A stretch of 53,611 nt of DNA from an uncultured Desulfobacterales bacterium (GCA_964578935.1 CAZOEW010000001.1:1-53611); one strand, 5' to 3'; positions 1 through 9,643 are shown, counted from the first letter of the stretch. Made by a program: numbers and translations. The notes: generated by a model from the letters alone, not told the origin.

Positions 1-605
1 ATGACATAACGCCAGTTTTCTTTGAAGCATCTTGCTGGAAGTCCTGACGCATTGGGAATGGATAGAACAAGCAGTCCGCCGGGAGCCAACAACTGGTTGC
101 ATTTATCGAGTATGCGAAACGGATTGCGGACATGTTCCAGAACGTCCCAAAGCGTAACGGCATCATATTTTTTGGGGGGGAACCAGTCTTCAAAGATACC
201 ATTGAAGACAGTGATGCCGAAATGTCGGTAGCAGTATTCGGACGCCGAAGGCCGCGGTTCCACCCCATCGGCGGACCATCCCGCCAACTGGGCATGTCTG
301 AGAAAATGTCCCATACCGGAACCAATGTCCAGAATTGTTCCTTTTTCCGGTTTCAGTTCATTTAATATGCGTATCCGCTGCGGGAAACCGCCTTGGGTTT
401 CGTCTACGATATTATCATGATAGAGCTTCTGCCTGCTATATAGTTGTTTGATGTCTTCTTCAGAGGGATATGGATGCTGCCAACCGAATTCACAATTCCC
501 GCACCATGCGATGGCGAACTTTTTTCCGCTTTTATTTACCCGCCAGAAAGTGCTTGTTGACTTCTCGTGGCAGTATGGGCATGTGAGTATTTGTTTGTCA
601 TTCAT
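1..605 (-). CDS. class I SAM-dependent methyltransferase with N-terminal Cys4 zinc ribbon (3' end runs off the window)
   Basis: Absent from the ORF track because it has no stop in the window. My minus-strand translation from ATG 605-603 is stop-free to position 1: MNDKQILTCPYCHEKS..WCGNCEFGW..GTILDIGSGMGHFL (SAM motif I)..LLAPGGLLVLSIPN. The ATG overlaps the end of the upstream GT2 gene (ATGAATGA), suggesting translational coupling. Confidence 0.8.
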   Translation of the reverse strand, partial: MNDKQILTCPYCHEKSTSTFWRVNKSGKKFAIAWCGNCEFGWQHPYPSEEDIKQLYSRQKLYHDNIVDETQGGFPQRIRILNELKPEKGTILDIGSGMGHFLRHAQLAGWSADGVEPRPSASEYCYRHFGITVFNGIFEDWFPPKKYDAVTLWDVLEHVRNPFRILDKCNQLLAPGGLLVLSIPNASGLPARCFKENWRYV

Positions 606-1599
606 TTTTATCCACAAATGCTTGGGTAGTGATTAACAGTCCTCGTTTGCGAATATCTCTAAGATTCCATTCGATGCCTGCCAGAATGCCCCTCAATCGA
701 TGTTTTTGCAAGGATACCAGGCCTTCCATGAGCATTAACGGTATCGTTAAAAATAAAAAATCCGGTATAAACAGAAAGGCGAAGTACAATGGGTGCAGAT
801 TTTTTCTTGCAAGCAGTAATATGTTGCGGGTATTCATGAAGTTACGGGTGTAATTGTTCTTGAAGCTTTTTTTTGCTCTATGCCAGCAGATTGCCTCGGG
901 AATGTATTTTATCTTCCAGCCGTGCCGGATCAAGCGATCGCAAAAATCGATGTCTTCCGACCCGTATGGGGAAAATTCAGTGTCCAACAAACCGATTTGC
1001 TTAAAAACATCTGTCCGGATGAGTTGAGCGCAGCCGATCTGAAATGAAATATCGCGTTCAATGTCGAATTGGCCCGTATCTTTCTGGTCTTCACCTCGCC
1101 CTGTATCGATCCAACCTGGAGGCGATTTTTTCAGGAAGCGGCAGAATCGGTTTAATATTATAAATCCTGCGTGCAAATAGGTCCATTTCCAGGAAGTGCA
1201 TCCAACCCGCCATATCCGTTTTTTATCATGTTCCATGTATATTTTAGGGCCGACGATAGCCGTATCGGGATATTTTTCAATGGCATGCACTAAGTTAGTA
1301 AGGAATTGAGGTGCGGCATAGGCATCGTTATCAATTAACAGAACATAATCAAATTTATTATCAATGGCATGTCGAATACCAATATTTCTTCCCCCGGCGA
1401 CACCGAGGTTCTGATTCGTCCTTATTATTCGTAATGAAGCGTATCGATCTATTAAAAAATCAGTAGGGTCCTCTGTTGAATGATTATCAATGACAAGAAT
1501 TGCATCCTTTTGACCTAACTGGGGTACGAAGCTCAGCATGCATCGGCTCGTATACAATGCCTCATTCCAGTTCAATATGACAATCAATGTTGAATGCAT
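598..1599 (-). CDS. family 2 glycosyltransferase
   Basis: 333-aa ORF. N-terminus LIVILNWNEALYTSRC..VIDNHSTED..NLGVAGGRNIG..YVLLIDNDA is typical of the GT2 (GT-A fold) DxD region. Confidence 0.85.
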   Translation of the reverse strand: MHSTLIVILNWNEALYTSRCMLSFVPQLGQKDAILVIDNHSTEDPTDFLIDRYASLRIIRTNQNLGVAGGRNIGIRHAIDNKFDYVLLIDNDAYAAPQFLTNLVHAIEKYPDTAIVGPKIYMEHDKKRIWRVGCTSWKWTYLHAGFIILNRFCRFLKKSPPGWIDTGRGEDQKDTGQFDIERDISFQIGCAQLIRTDVFKQIGLLDTEFSPYGSEDIDFCDRLIRHGWKIKYIPEAICWHRAKKSFKNNYTRNFMNTRNILLLARKNLHPLYFAFLFIPDFLFLTIPLMLMEGLVSLQKHRLRGILAGIEWNLRDIRKRGLLITTQAFVDKNE

Positions 1600-1836
1600 G
1601 TTGTCGTGATACGTCCGGATGCAAACAAGTCATTTCAAAATACGCTATGAGTCCGATATCCGATCATGAACCAAGATCCTTATTTTTATTTTGAGACGAC
1701 TTGTCGCAATTCAAATGAGTAAACCAATAAGCTATAGATTTAATTTTGATAAACATATCGTAAAACAAGTGGATACGCAATATGCTTCTGGGAAATCCCG
1801 GTAGACGGCTAATTGAATTGTCCAGGATAGGATAGC

Positions 1837-1865
1837 TTGACAGCTCTCTGGTTTTGTATTAGATA
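1837..1865 (+). promoter_or_regulatory. sigma70-like promoter candidate for the flippase/radical-SAM operon
   Basis: TTGACA (1837-1842), 17-nt spacer, TAGATA (1860-1865), about 40 nt upstream of ATG 1907. Confidence 0.4.
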
Positions 1866-1906
1866 CCTAACTGTTAAGCGCCCGAGAATAAAACCTTATT
1901 TGCGAG

Positions 1907-3307
1907 ATGCAGCCATATGCGCTTGATGTTGGTTTGCGGCGTTATAGGCACATTGTGAAAAATCAAAATGCGCATCCAAAGTCCCTCAAAGACGAACTAA
2001 TTCGCGGCACTATCGGCTCTTTCCTGCTAAAAATCAGCCAGATAGGATTTGGCTTCTTGTCCTCCATCCTTCTGGCAAGGCTTCTGGGCTTGGAAGAATT
2101 CGGCGTCTATGCGTTTTGTCTATCCATTGTGATCATTCTAAGCATTCCTGCGAAGTTGGGTGGCGAGTCACTTCTGGTTCGAGAAATATCCGCCTACAAC
2201 TCCCAAAAGAAATTTTCATATCTTCGAGGGCTGATCCGGCAGATGCGGATAGCATCCATGACGGTATCGGCTTTACTGTGCCTTTGTGCTGCAACCATCG
2301 GCTGGTTCGTCTTCCAGGAAAGGACATTACGAGCCACATTCATTGCGGCTTTATTTCTCATTCCATTGTCTGCTTACTTGAGCATTCAAAGTTCGGCATT
2401 ACGCGGGTTGCAGCATATCCTGCTCGGGCAGTTCAGCTTATCCGCGGGATCGATATTGCTTCTTGTTTTTCTATCCGGATTCGTTTTATTTTCCGATAGT
2501 GCCCTGACGCCCTTGACCGCCATTTATGCGCAGTTGGCAAGCGTTGGCATACTGGCAATCCTGACATACTATTTACTTCGTCATTATTTGCCAAAGGAAG
2601 CGGGGGCTGTGCAACCTGCCTATGAAACCCGCCGATGGAGTAAAAGTATGTTAACGTTCCTTCTTGCCAACATTATGCTCGCGTTCAACAGCGAAGCATC
2701 CGTTGTTCTTCTGGGCTTTATCCAGAACACGGAATCGGTCGGTCTTTTCAGAGTTGCTCAGCGTATCGCCGGGCTTATTCCTTTTGGACTTCTGGCTGTA
2801 AACGCGACCATCGCTCCAACCGTGGCGGAATTGTTTTCAAAAAATGAAAAAAAACGGTTGCAGCATCTCATCAGTCGAAGTGTTTTAATGATCACAGCCT
2901 ATGCATTGCCTGCAAGTTTATGCCTTATTTTTTTCGGTCAACGAATTGTCCCGTTTTTATTTGGCGCAGAATACGCCGCAGCTTACCTTCCCATGGTGAT
3001 TCTTTGCGTCGGGCAACTTTTTAATACCTGTTTGGGATCCGTAGGGCTCATCCTGAATATGGTTGGACTGGAAAAGGTTGTCGCAAGAGGACTTACCATT
3101 GCCGCAATAACCAATTTGTCCTTTAATTTGCTTTTTATACCACTTTGGGGATTAATGGGAGCGGCGATCGCTGTCAGTGCGAGCATGATGATTTGGAATA
3201 TTTCGTTGAGCGTTTGGCTTTACAAAAAAACCGGACTTGTCAGTATGATTCGGTTTGATACACTAAAACATTCGGGTAAAAGTGATAAACGGATTAAAAA
3301 GTGTTAG
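1907..3307 (+). CDS. Wzx-like polysaccharide flippase (MOP/MATE-like superfamily)
   Basis: 466-aa ORF. It is highly hydrophobic with many predicted TM segments, has a polysaccharide-biosynthesis-protein-like N-terminus (GSFLLKISQIGFGFLSSILLARLLG) and sits among GT genes. Confidence 0.75.
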   Translation: MQPYALDVGLRRYRHIVKNQNAHPKSLKDELIRGTIGSFLLKISQIGFGFLSSILLARLLGLEEFGVYAFCLSIVIILSIPAKLGGESLLVREISAYNSQKKFSYLRGLIRQMRIASMTVSALLCLCAATIGWFVFQERTLRATFIAALFLIPLSAYLSIQSSALRGLQHILLGQFSLSAGSILLLVFLSGFVLFSDSALTPLTAIYAQLASVGILAILTYYLLRHYLPKEAGAVQPAYETRRWSKSMLTFLLANIMLAFNSEASVVLLGFIQNTESVGLFRVAQRIAGLIPFGLLAVNATIAPTVAELFSKNEKKRLQHLISRSVLMITAYALPASLCLIFFGQRIVPFLFGAEYAAAYLPMVILCVGQLFNTCLGSVGLILNMVGLEKVVARGLTIAAITNLSFNLLFIPLWGLMGAAIAVSASMMIWNISLSVWLYKKTGLVSMIRFDTLKHSGKSDKRIKKC

Positions 3308-3379
3308 AAGCCATTTAAAACCTGCAAACGTGCCCAAAGCCGTAACGTGTAAAAATGTCTATATCAAAAAAGGTTTAAA

Positions 3380-4756
3380 ATGATAAAAATTTGCTTGGTT
3401 TACCCCAAAAGCATGCGCTTGCCGCGATATTTCAATTTTGTGACGAACATTGCGACGGAAACAGTCAAAACGCTTCCGCCGCTTGGGATGCTTTATTTAA
3501 TAAGCAATACAAATTATAAGGTCGATTTTATCGACAACCGGATTCAGCAATATGATACCCGGACATTATGCGAAAAACTCAGCGAATATGACATGGTTGG
3601 ATTTGGTGGTACAATCTTCGAAATCAAGGAAGCGCGCACAGTTTCGTCCAACCTCATGCGAAAAGGTATTTTTACGGTATATGGGGGGCCGAACGCCACT
3701 GCGAACTGGAACCTTTATCTAACTTGTTTCAGCATGATCGTCAGGGGTGAAGGTGAAGAAATTTTAAGTAAAATAATAGACTGTTACAATAGCCGCGCCT
3801 CTTTTGAAAAAATTGGTTTTTCAATAATTGGATCCACATGGGTGAATGAGCAGATTTTCAGGTTACAAAGTCTGGATACCCTGTTGTACCCTGACAGGAC
3901 GATAATAAATATCGATGATTATAAACGCGAGGAATCGGTGTATCTTTCGGATTGTTATCCGGTCGATACCGTTGTATCGAGTCGCGGATGCCCTTTTAAT
4001 TGCTATTTCTGCTCTTCAAAGTTCATCTGGGAAAGAAGATATTCTTTTCGTTCTATTGATAATATAATTGGTGAAATTAAGTTGTTAAGAGAAAATTTCG
4101 GCACAAGGGGTATATATTTCCGGGAGGATAATTTTACTGTCAATAAAGAACGGGTTATGCAGTTTTGTGACAGAATCAAGCGGCATTCAATATCCTGGAT
4201 TTGTGAATCAAGGGTCGATACATTGGACGAACCACTGATAGAAAAAATAGCAGCTTCCGGATGCAAAGGCATATGGTTTGGTATTGAATCCACCGATGAC
4301 AAGGTCCTAAAACGGATCGGAAAGGGGATCACTATTGAACAGGTAAAAAATACAATTAATTTGTGTAACCAATATGGAATCCGGACAGGCGGTGGATTTA
4401 TGCTTGGTTTCCCGTTTGACGACAGAAAATCGATCAAGAAAAATTTTAGTGAGAGTAAAAAACTGAATTTATCCGTGACATTTTACAACCGTGTCTGGGC
4501 CATACCCATTTCACAAATGTATTATGAGATAGTGAATCGGAATTTGGATTATTATACTTTTGAAAATATTATTTTGCCATCAACTGAATATCTTTCCGCT
4601 GATGAAGTGAACTCCTTGTATTTCCGGCTGGTATCCAAAAAAGAGGTCATCGATAAAAAATTAAACACACTTATCGGAAAAGAACTCGTTAACTGGGTAA
4701 AGAAAAAATTTCCTTTTATTGTTACCTTATATAGAGCTTTATACAAACTGTTTTGA
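3380..4756 (+). CDS. B12-binding domain radical SAM protein (class B rSAM)
   Basis: 458-aa ORF with an N-terminal Rossmann-like B12-binding-type region (MVGFGGTIFEIKEA..VYGGPNAT..IVRGEGEE) followed by SSRGCPFNCYFCSS (CxxxCxxC). Confidence 0.85.
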   Translation: MIKICLVYPKSMRLPRYFNFVTNIATETVKTLPPLGMLYLISNTNYKVDFIDNRIQQYDTRTLCEKLSEYDMVGFGGTIFEIKEARTVSSNLMRKGIFTVYGGPNATANWNLYLTCFSMIVRGEGEEILSKIIDCYNSRASFEKIGFSIIGSTWVNEQIFRLQSLDTLLYPDRTIINIDDYKREESVYLSDCYPVDTVVSSRGCPFNCYFCSSKFIWERRYSFRSIDNIIGEIKLLRENFGTRGIYFREDNFTVNKERVMQFCDRIKRHSISWICESRVDTLDEPLIEKIAASGCKGIWFGIESTDDKVLKRIGKGITIEQVKNTINLCNQYGIRTGGGFMLGFPFDDRKSIKKNFSESKKLNLSVTFYNRVWAIPISQMYYEIVNRNLDYYTFENIILPSTEYLSADEVNSLYFRLVSKKEVIDKKLNTLIGKELVNWVKKKFPFIVTLYRALYKLF

Positions 4757-4814
4757 TGTGAAAACCGGAATCACGAGATGGCAGGAGTCGTGTGAATGGT
4801 TGTAAAAACGGTTT

Positions 4815-6365
4815 TTATGATGAATTTGCGATCCAGGTATCTTTCTCTGTCACGGTTATTTTTTCATCGGGAATACCATATGTCTCACGGATGGTGGCGG
4901 CGAAATCCGGGCAATCGAGAAATATTTTATCAAAAAAATTAAAAAGGCCGGCAGCTTGGACGATATATGGGTCATCGATTTTTCGTGTGTTTTGATAGCT
5001 GTCAGGCGTTTGAATAAAAATAAATTTTTCGTTCGAAACAATTACACTATGATATTTTAACAACAAGCGAACCGCGAAATCGGAACCGGATACAATTAAT
5101 CGATTGATTCTCGTCTCCATTAGAATCCTCAAAATCAGATACTGGGAGCGTTCCATATTCAGTTTTAAGTCCTGCAGCAGGATATAATGAATGCCCGGTC
5201 GAACAGTGTTTCTTTTTTTCTTATTTGTTATTATAGCGAATTTATAGGGTAGCTCCGGATCATCGGGTTCTGTTACGAAACTATTCTCGTTTTTGACAAA
5301 ATAGAGATCAATACTTTCATTATTTAATAATTTTAATATGTTATATTGTATTTTGTTGGCAATGGGCAATTTGCTTCCCTCATGAATCCGTCGAAATGTC
5401 TGACAGGCAATGAGCTCGGGTTCCACCATTTCCAACTTTGTCCATTGATCTTTTATGCGGGTACTCATGTGATGAATATCCGTTTTGATGACCTTTCGCT
5501 TGACTGCTTTCAGATACTGATAATAACTCGGATTCAAGTTGTTAAGCCAGTCCAAAGCGCGGTTAAGCAGTTGCGTATCGGGATGCGCTTGTCTCCTGAT
5601 CGTTGAATTGGATTGCGCGGAATGTAAAATAATCCTCCGAAACAACTCATTCGGCCTGACGACCTTGTTTAAACGAAATGAACGTTGCCATAGAGATTGT
5701 CCAGGGGGCTTCTGCCGTATTGCCACCAATGTTCCGTTGATGGTTATGTGGCGATAGCCTTTCACAAAAGTTTGGCAATTCCAGAGCCAATCCTGATACG
5801 CAAATTGCATTTCGTCTTTGACATACGGGATTTCCTGAAAAATCGATTTTGGGGCCATTAATAAAGCTGTCCAAAGATTTTTTTCAAACAATTGAGAAAA
5901 GTGTTCCGGATTGACATTCATCTCCTTAATGTAGGGATCGAACGGAAATCCAATAACGAATTGCGGATGCGCGATGTCCCCTTCACCTTTCTCAAGCGAT
6001 GAAATGGCCTCATTCAGCCAGTTCTCCGAATATAGATCATCACCATCCAGGATTGAAATATAGGTGCCGGAAGCTTTCGATACGCCAAAATTTCTAGAAA
6101 GCGAAAGTGAACCAAAATCAGCGTTATGCACTGAAATGATATTTTGTCGTTTTTCCTCCCAATGGTGTAACACGTCAAGTGTTGCCGGATCCCTAACGCG
6201 GTCTTTGACGATAACGATTTCAATATCATAGTCATTCTTGTTTTTTGCATAATCGACTGCATGTTCTAAAGCGCGCATGGTTCTGTGCAAAATGTTCCCT
6301 TCAGCATGAACAGGTATCACAACAGAAGCAATGCAGGGGATCTGGTTTGGTTTCGGCATGTTCAT
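4815..6365 (-). CDS. family 2 glycosyltransferase with an uncharacterised C-terminal extension of about 280 aa
   Basis: 516-aa ORF. The N-terminus ASVVIPVHAEGNIL..IVIVKD..SLSRNFGV..ISILDGDD is GT2-like. I recognise no motif in the C-terminal half. Confidence 0.75.
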   Translation of the reverse strand: MNMPKPNQIPCIASVVIPVHAEGNILHRTMRALEHAVDYAKNKNDYDIEIVIVKDRVRDPATLDVLHHWEEKRQNIISVHNADFGSLSLSRNFGVSKASGTYISILDGDDLYSENWLNEAISSLEKGEGDIAHPQFVIGFPFDPYIKEMNVNPEHFSQLFEKNLWTALLMAPKSIFQEIPYVKDEMQFAYQDWLWNCQTFVKGYRHITINGTLVAIRQKPPGQSLWQRSFRLNKVVRPNELFRRIILHSAQSNSTIRRQAHPDTQLLNRALDWLNNLNPSYYQYLKAVKRKVIKTDIHHMSTRIKDQWTKLEMVEPELIACQTFRRIHEGSKLPIANKIQYNILKLLNNESIDLYFVKNENSFVTEPDDPELPYKFAIITNKKKRNTVRPGIHYILLQDLKLNMERSQYLILRILMETRINRLIVSGSDFAVRLLLKYHSVIVSNEKFIFIQTPDSYQNTRKIDDPYIVQAAGLFNFFDKIFLDCPDFAATIRETYGIPDEKITVTEKDTWIANSS

Positions 6366-6366
6366 A

Positions 6367-7461
6367 TTATTCGTCGACTCTTTTGGTTCCCCGTTGTAAG
6401 ATAATCAACCTATTTTTTATGGCGCGCTTTTTGGGCATATATTTGTATCTTATCGCTTCTTGAAGAAGGAAAACGAGTATTTCCAAACGTTCTCGGCATG
6501 TGAATCCTGAAAAACGGGAAACAGGAAGCGAAAGCAGTAGATTCGACAGAATTGGGTGTATAATGATCTTAATCAGCTTATGCTCTTCTTTTTCTCTCAA
6601 TTGATAATGTCTGGAAAAGGTTTGAATAATGTCTACAATATCTTGATAGGTACGTTTCAATTCGTTTTTAGATCTATTTTCGACACGTCCACCGACGATA
6701 TCCAGCATGCAATTTAAGTCGATTCTATCAACGTTTCTTTTTTCCATAAACTTATATAAGTATTCTTTTCTGATACCATTGCCGATATCTTGCTGAATTA
6801 TTTTTTTTGAAACCGAAATGGATTTCGCGTGATGCCGATATTTGAGAAGGGGAATTGGGAGATTATAGCCAGCGGTATAATCTAAAACGCGACACCACAA
6901 TCCATAATCCTGAGCGAACTTGGTTTGCTCATCATACCATAGATTGAAATTGGTCAATATCTTTTTTCGGATCATTACTGTGGGATGGATGAAGGGCGCC
7001 ATGAATGGCAGGCAGCACCTTATTTCGATATCCGTTTCAGGTGAAAAGATTATTTTTTTAATTCGTTCATTGGCATCAATTTGATAAGCCGCACTCCCGA
7101 CAATACCGACACGACTATGATTGCAAAGATAGTTCACCTGCCGCTGAATTCGATCAGGCAATGCGATGTCATCCGCATCCATTCGAGCGATTAATTCACC
7201 TTGCGCCTTAGCGATACCCGCATTCAATGAAAATGCAATGCCACGATTCTTTTCATTTTTGAGTACGACAATTCTGTTATCATGGATAGCGTTTATTGCC
7301 GACAGGGAATTATCAGTGGAACCATCATCCACAACAATGATTTCCAGGTTGCGGTATGTCTGATGAAGAATGCTGAGTAGGGCCCGGCGAAGATATTCAT
7401 GGTTGTTGAAAACCGGAACAACAACTGAAACAAGCGGATTCGAATTTGGATCAGAATGCAT
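6367..7461 (-). CDS. family 2 glycosyltransferase
   Basis: 364-aa ORF with VSVVVPVFNNHEYLRRALLSILHQTYRNLEIIVVDDGSTDNS and ARMDADD, the canonical GT2 motifs. Confidence 0.85.
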   Translation of the reverse strand: MHSDPNSNPLVSVVVPVFNNHEYLRRALLSILHQTYRNLEIIVVDDGSTDNSLSAINAIHDNRIVVLKNEKNRGIAFSLNAGIAKAQGELIARMDADDIALPDRIQRQVNYLCNHSRVGIVGSAAYQIDANERIKKIIFSPETDIEIRCCLPFMAPFIHPTVMIRKKILTNFNLWYDEQTKFAQDYGLWCRVLDYTAGYNLPIPLLKYRHHAKSISVSKKIIQQDIGNGIRKEYLYKFMEKRNVDRIDLNCMLDIVGGRVENRSKNELKRTYQDIVDIIQTFSRHYQLREKEEHKLIKIIIHPILSNLLLSLPVSRFSGFTCRERLEILVFLLQEAIRYKYMPKKRAIKNRLIILQRGTKRVDE

Positions 7462-7499
7462 TATTTTTCGAGTTTTTCGAGTTTCAGTATCGTTGATAT

Positions 7500-8507
7500 T
7501 TAACAGTAGCCGTATTTTCCCAAATCAAGTGAAAATCTTTCCGCAAGTTTACTATTGCCGTCTACATATCGATCCATAATCTCTTTTTCATTTTCAAAGT
7601 GAATCTTAAACTGTCTGCCCGGTATATTGAATGTTTGAAACCATTTTTTAATGGGTGAAGAAATAGCAGCCGGCAAGAGATAACTCGCGTTTTGTAAGGC
7701 GGTATAAGTATTACGGCCGATTCCTTCCAAAAAGGGTCTTGTATCCTGTCGATAAAAATCTTTTTTCAGTCTTTTGACATTTTCCTGATTATTCAAAGAA
7801 AAGCGCACTGTATCTTCGGGAAGGTTCAAAATACAAGCCCAAAGCGCTGCGTAACGATTCAGGTCTTCTATTAAATCTTCGTATACAACAATCGTAATAT
7901 TGTTTCGGTGGAATAACTGTTCATAATACAAAACAATCTGATCGAAATTCAGTGCAGCGCCAATGAAGTTATCGAAATTTTTTTGGTAGGCGTATGAAAT
8001 AAATTTTTCAAAGCTATTTGTTTCTTTATGTTTTTTATAAACTAGGTTGTAATATTGCGCATAACAGGATTTTAGCAATTCTGTCTGCTTTCGAATACTG
8101 ATAATAATGTTGGGATCGTATTCGCAAAAATCCTTATTGAACAAAAGCGACAATTTTCTCGCGATGGCCGCTGGATCGGGCGTCCAGCAAAAGGGAGGCG
8201 GATAATACCTGAAAAGCAATGAATTTGTGATAAAACTTTCATTTGAGAAAACGATGGCTTGTGCATCGGGTTTTTGGGCTGTCTGAGATGCGATATCGTT
8301 CATTATCAGAGATCGGGTATGGGCAAGTGCCTCCTTAAATGGGATTTCATTTTGAAAAATGATGGCACGACTGTATGACCTGTCAGTCGATTTGTCTATG
8401 TGGATAATATGGTCATTTGAAAAAAGATGTTTTTGTAATGTCGTGGTTGCTGTTTTTGGATATCCGATGTGTATTTGCAGCGGCAGTTTGATTCTATCCA
8501 TAACCAA
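7500..8507 (-). CDS. sulfotransferase family protein
   Basis: 335-aa ORF. It has a 5'-PSB-like loop HIGYPKTATTTLQKHL, a 3'-PB-like IIISIRKQTELLKSCY and a C-terminal VVYEDLIEDL..LNLP segment typical of PAPS-dependent sulfotransferases. Confidence 0.75.
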   Translation of the reverse strand: MVMDRIKLPLQIHIGYPKTATTTLQKHLFSNDHIIHIDKSTDRSYSRAIIFQNEIPFKEALAHTRSLIMNDIASQTAQKPDAQAIVFSNESFITNSLLFRYYPPPFCWTPDPAAIARKLSLLFNKDFCEYDPNIIISIRKQTELLKSCYAQYYNLVYKKHKETNSFEKFISYAYQKNFDNFIGAALNFDQIVLYYEQLFHRNNITIVVYEDLIEDLNRYAALWACILNLPEDTVRFSLNNQENVKRLKKDFYRQDTRPFLEGIGRNTYTALQNASYLLPAAISSPIKKWFQTFNIPGRQFKIHFENEKEIMDRYVDGNSKLAERFSLDLGKYGYC

Positions 8508-8657
8508 TTATCCTGATAACGATATGATCGGATTTCACCCGCACCGAGATAAATATCATAGGGAAAGAATGCGTTTTTTGCAACCGTATTAATATGATGT
8601 CAACAATGCTGGTTGAAAGGCTGAAAGTGCATTAACGGCCCCCTGAGGGCGATGAAA

Positions 8658-9431
8658 TTATCGTTTTCTGGAACGGACACTATTGATAAAGCGGCTCAAA
8701 ATCCTGCTTGGTTGTTTTATAAATGGAAATGTTTCCATGGCTTTAAGCTTTATGATCTTATTAGGATGAAATTGGTCTCTCAAGCTGATATCTAAGTAAT
8801 TTCCTGTAAGATCAATAAAGGCATACTGTTTGACGTTGGATTTTTCCATTAAGAACTGATTGTATGGCAAAGCATAAATAGGAACACCCACAGCCTCGGC
8901 GAAATAGACAGCAAAAGGGAAGACAAGGCTTGGCTCAAAAGAGGTCGCGTGTTGCCATATCGTTCTGCTGAAATCATCCCCGCCAATCCATCCACCGGCC
9001 TGAACTTTTGGAAATATGTTTATCAGGTCAATTGCAATTCCCCGGAGTGTATGATCACCGTCGATATATGCGAAGTCCAAGCTGTTATCCGGTATGCGAT
9101 CAATCACCTCGCTGGTTTTACCCTGTAAAATAATTCTTTTCTCGCTCGCAAAATCGGTTTTTGATTTGGTTTCTATCAAAAATTGTTCAAATACATTGTT
9201 TTCCTTGTTGGCCGGCTTGTTCCAACTATCCAGGTGCCGCCAGGGATCTATCATGTAATATTTTTCTATCAAATTACATCCCCTGAGGATGGTTGAAGCA
9301 AAGTCCCCTCTATAAACACCCACTTCGGCTAAACTTTTTGATTGATTTGCATTTAAAAATTGGATCCAAAACTCGGAACGATTTTTTGATTGCTTCAAAC
9401 ATTCCTTTATGAGTTGGGACCTGGTATTCAT
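8658..9431 (-). CDS. class I SAM-dependent (TylF/Methyltransf_24-like) methyltransferase
   Basis: ORF 8658-9509. The likely start is ATG 9431 (MNTRSQ) with AGGAGG 5 nt upstream. Motifs: LAEVGVYRGDFA and DFAYIDGDHTLRG..GGWIGGDDF. Confidence 0.7.
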   Translation of the reverse strand: MNTRSQLIKECLKQSKNRSEFWIQFLNANQSKSLAEVGVYRGDFASTILRGCNLIEKYYMIDPWRHLDSWNKPANKENNVFEQFLIETKSKTDFASEKRIILQGKTSEVIDRIPDNSLDFAYIDGDHTLRGIAIDLINIFPKVQAGGWIGGDDFSRTIWQHATSFEPSLVFPFAVYFAEAVGVPIYALPYNQFLMEKSNVKQYAFIDLTGNYLDISLRDQFHPNKIIKLKAMETFPFIKQPSRILSRFINSVRSRKR

Positions 9432-9582
9432 ACATCCTCCTGCCTTGTTAAAGGATAAGTCCTTGCTTCTTTTGAGGAAGACTATATGCGAAAGTTGATG
9501 GTGCGGCAACAGTATTTTGTATGCGAGAATGTAGGTTTATGTGTTGAATTCCCGAGCTTAAGTTGGCTGGCAAATACATTGG

Positions 9583-9618
9583 AAAAGGCTTTTCGGAAAC
9601 ATTTCCGAAAAGCCTTTT
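9583..9618 (-). terminator. intrinsic terminator downstream of the glutamate-synthase FMN subunit gene
   Basis: Near-perfect hairpin AAAAGGCTTTTCGGAAA/TTTCCGAAAAGCCTTTT (17 complementary nt per arm around a 2-nt centre, so the innermost pairs must open), T-rich on both flanks, 26 nt after the stop at 9644. Confidence 0.7.
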
Positions 9619-9643
9619 TTATATTCACCTGCGCTTCGAAATG

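Noticed and set aside
1797-1808. ops/JUMPstart-like CCCGGTAGACGG upstream of the flippase operon
   Set aside because: It only partly matches the GGCGGTAG core. RfaH-ops control is mainly a gammaproteobacterial feature, so the evidence is insufficient.
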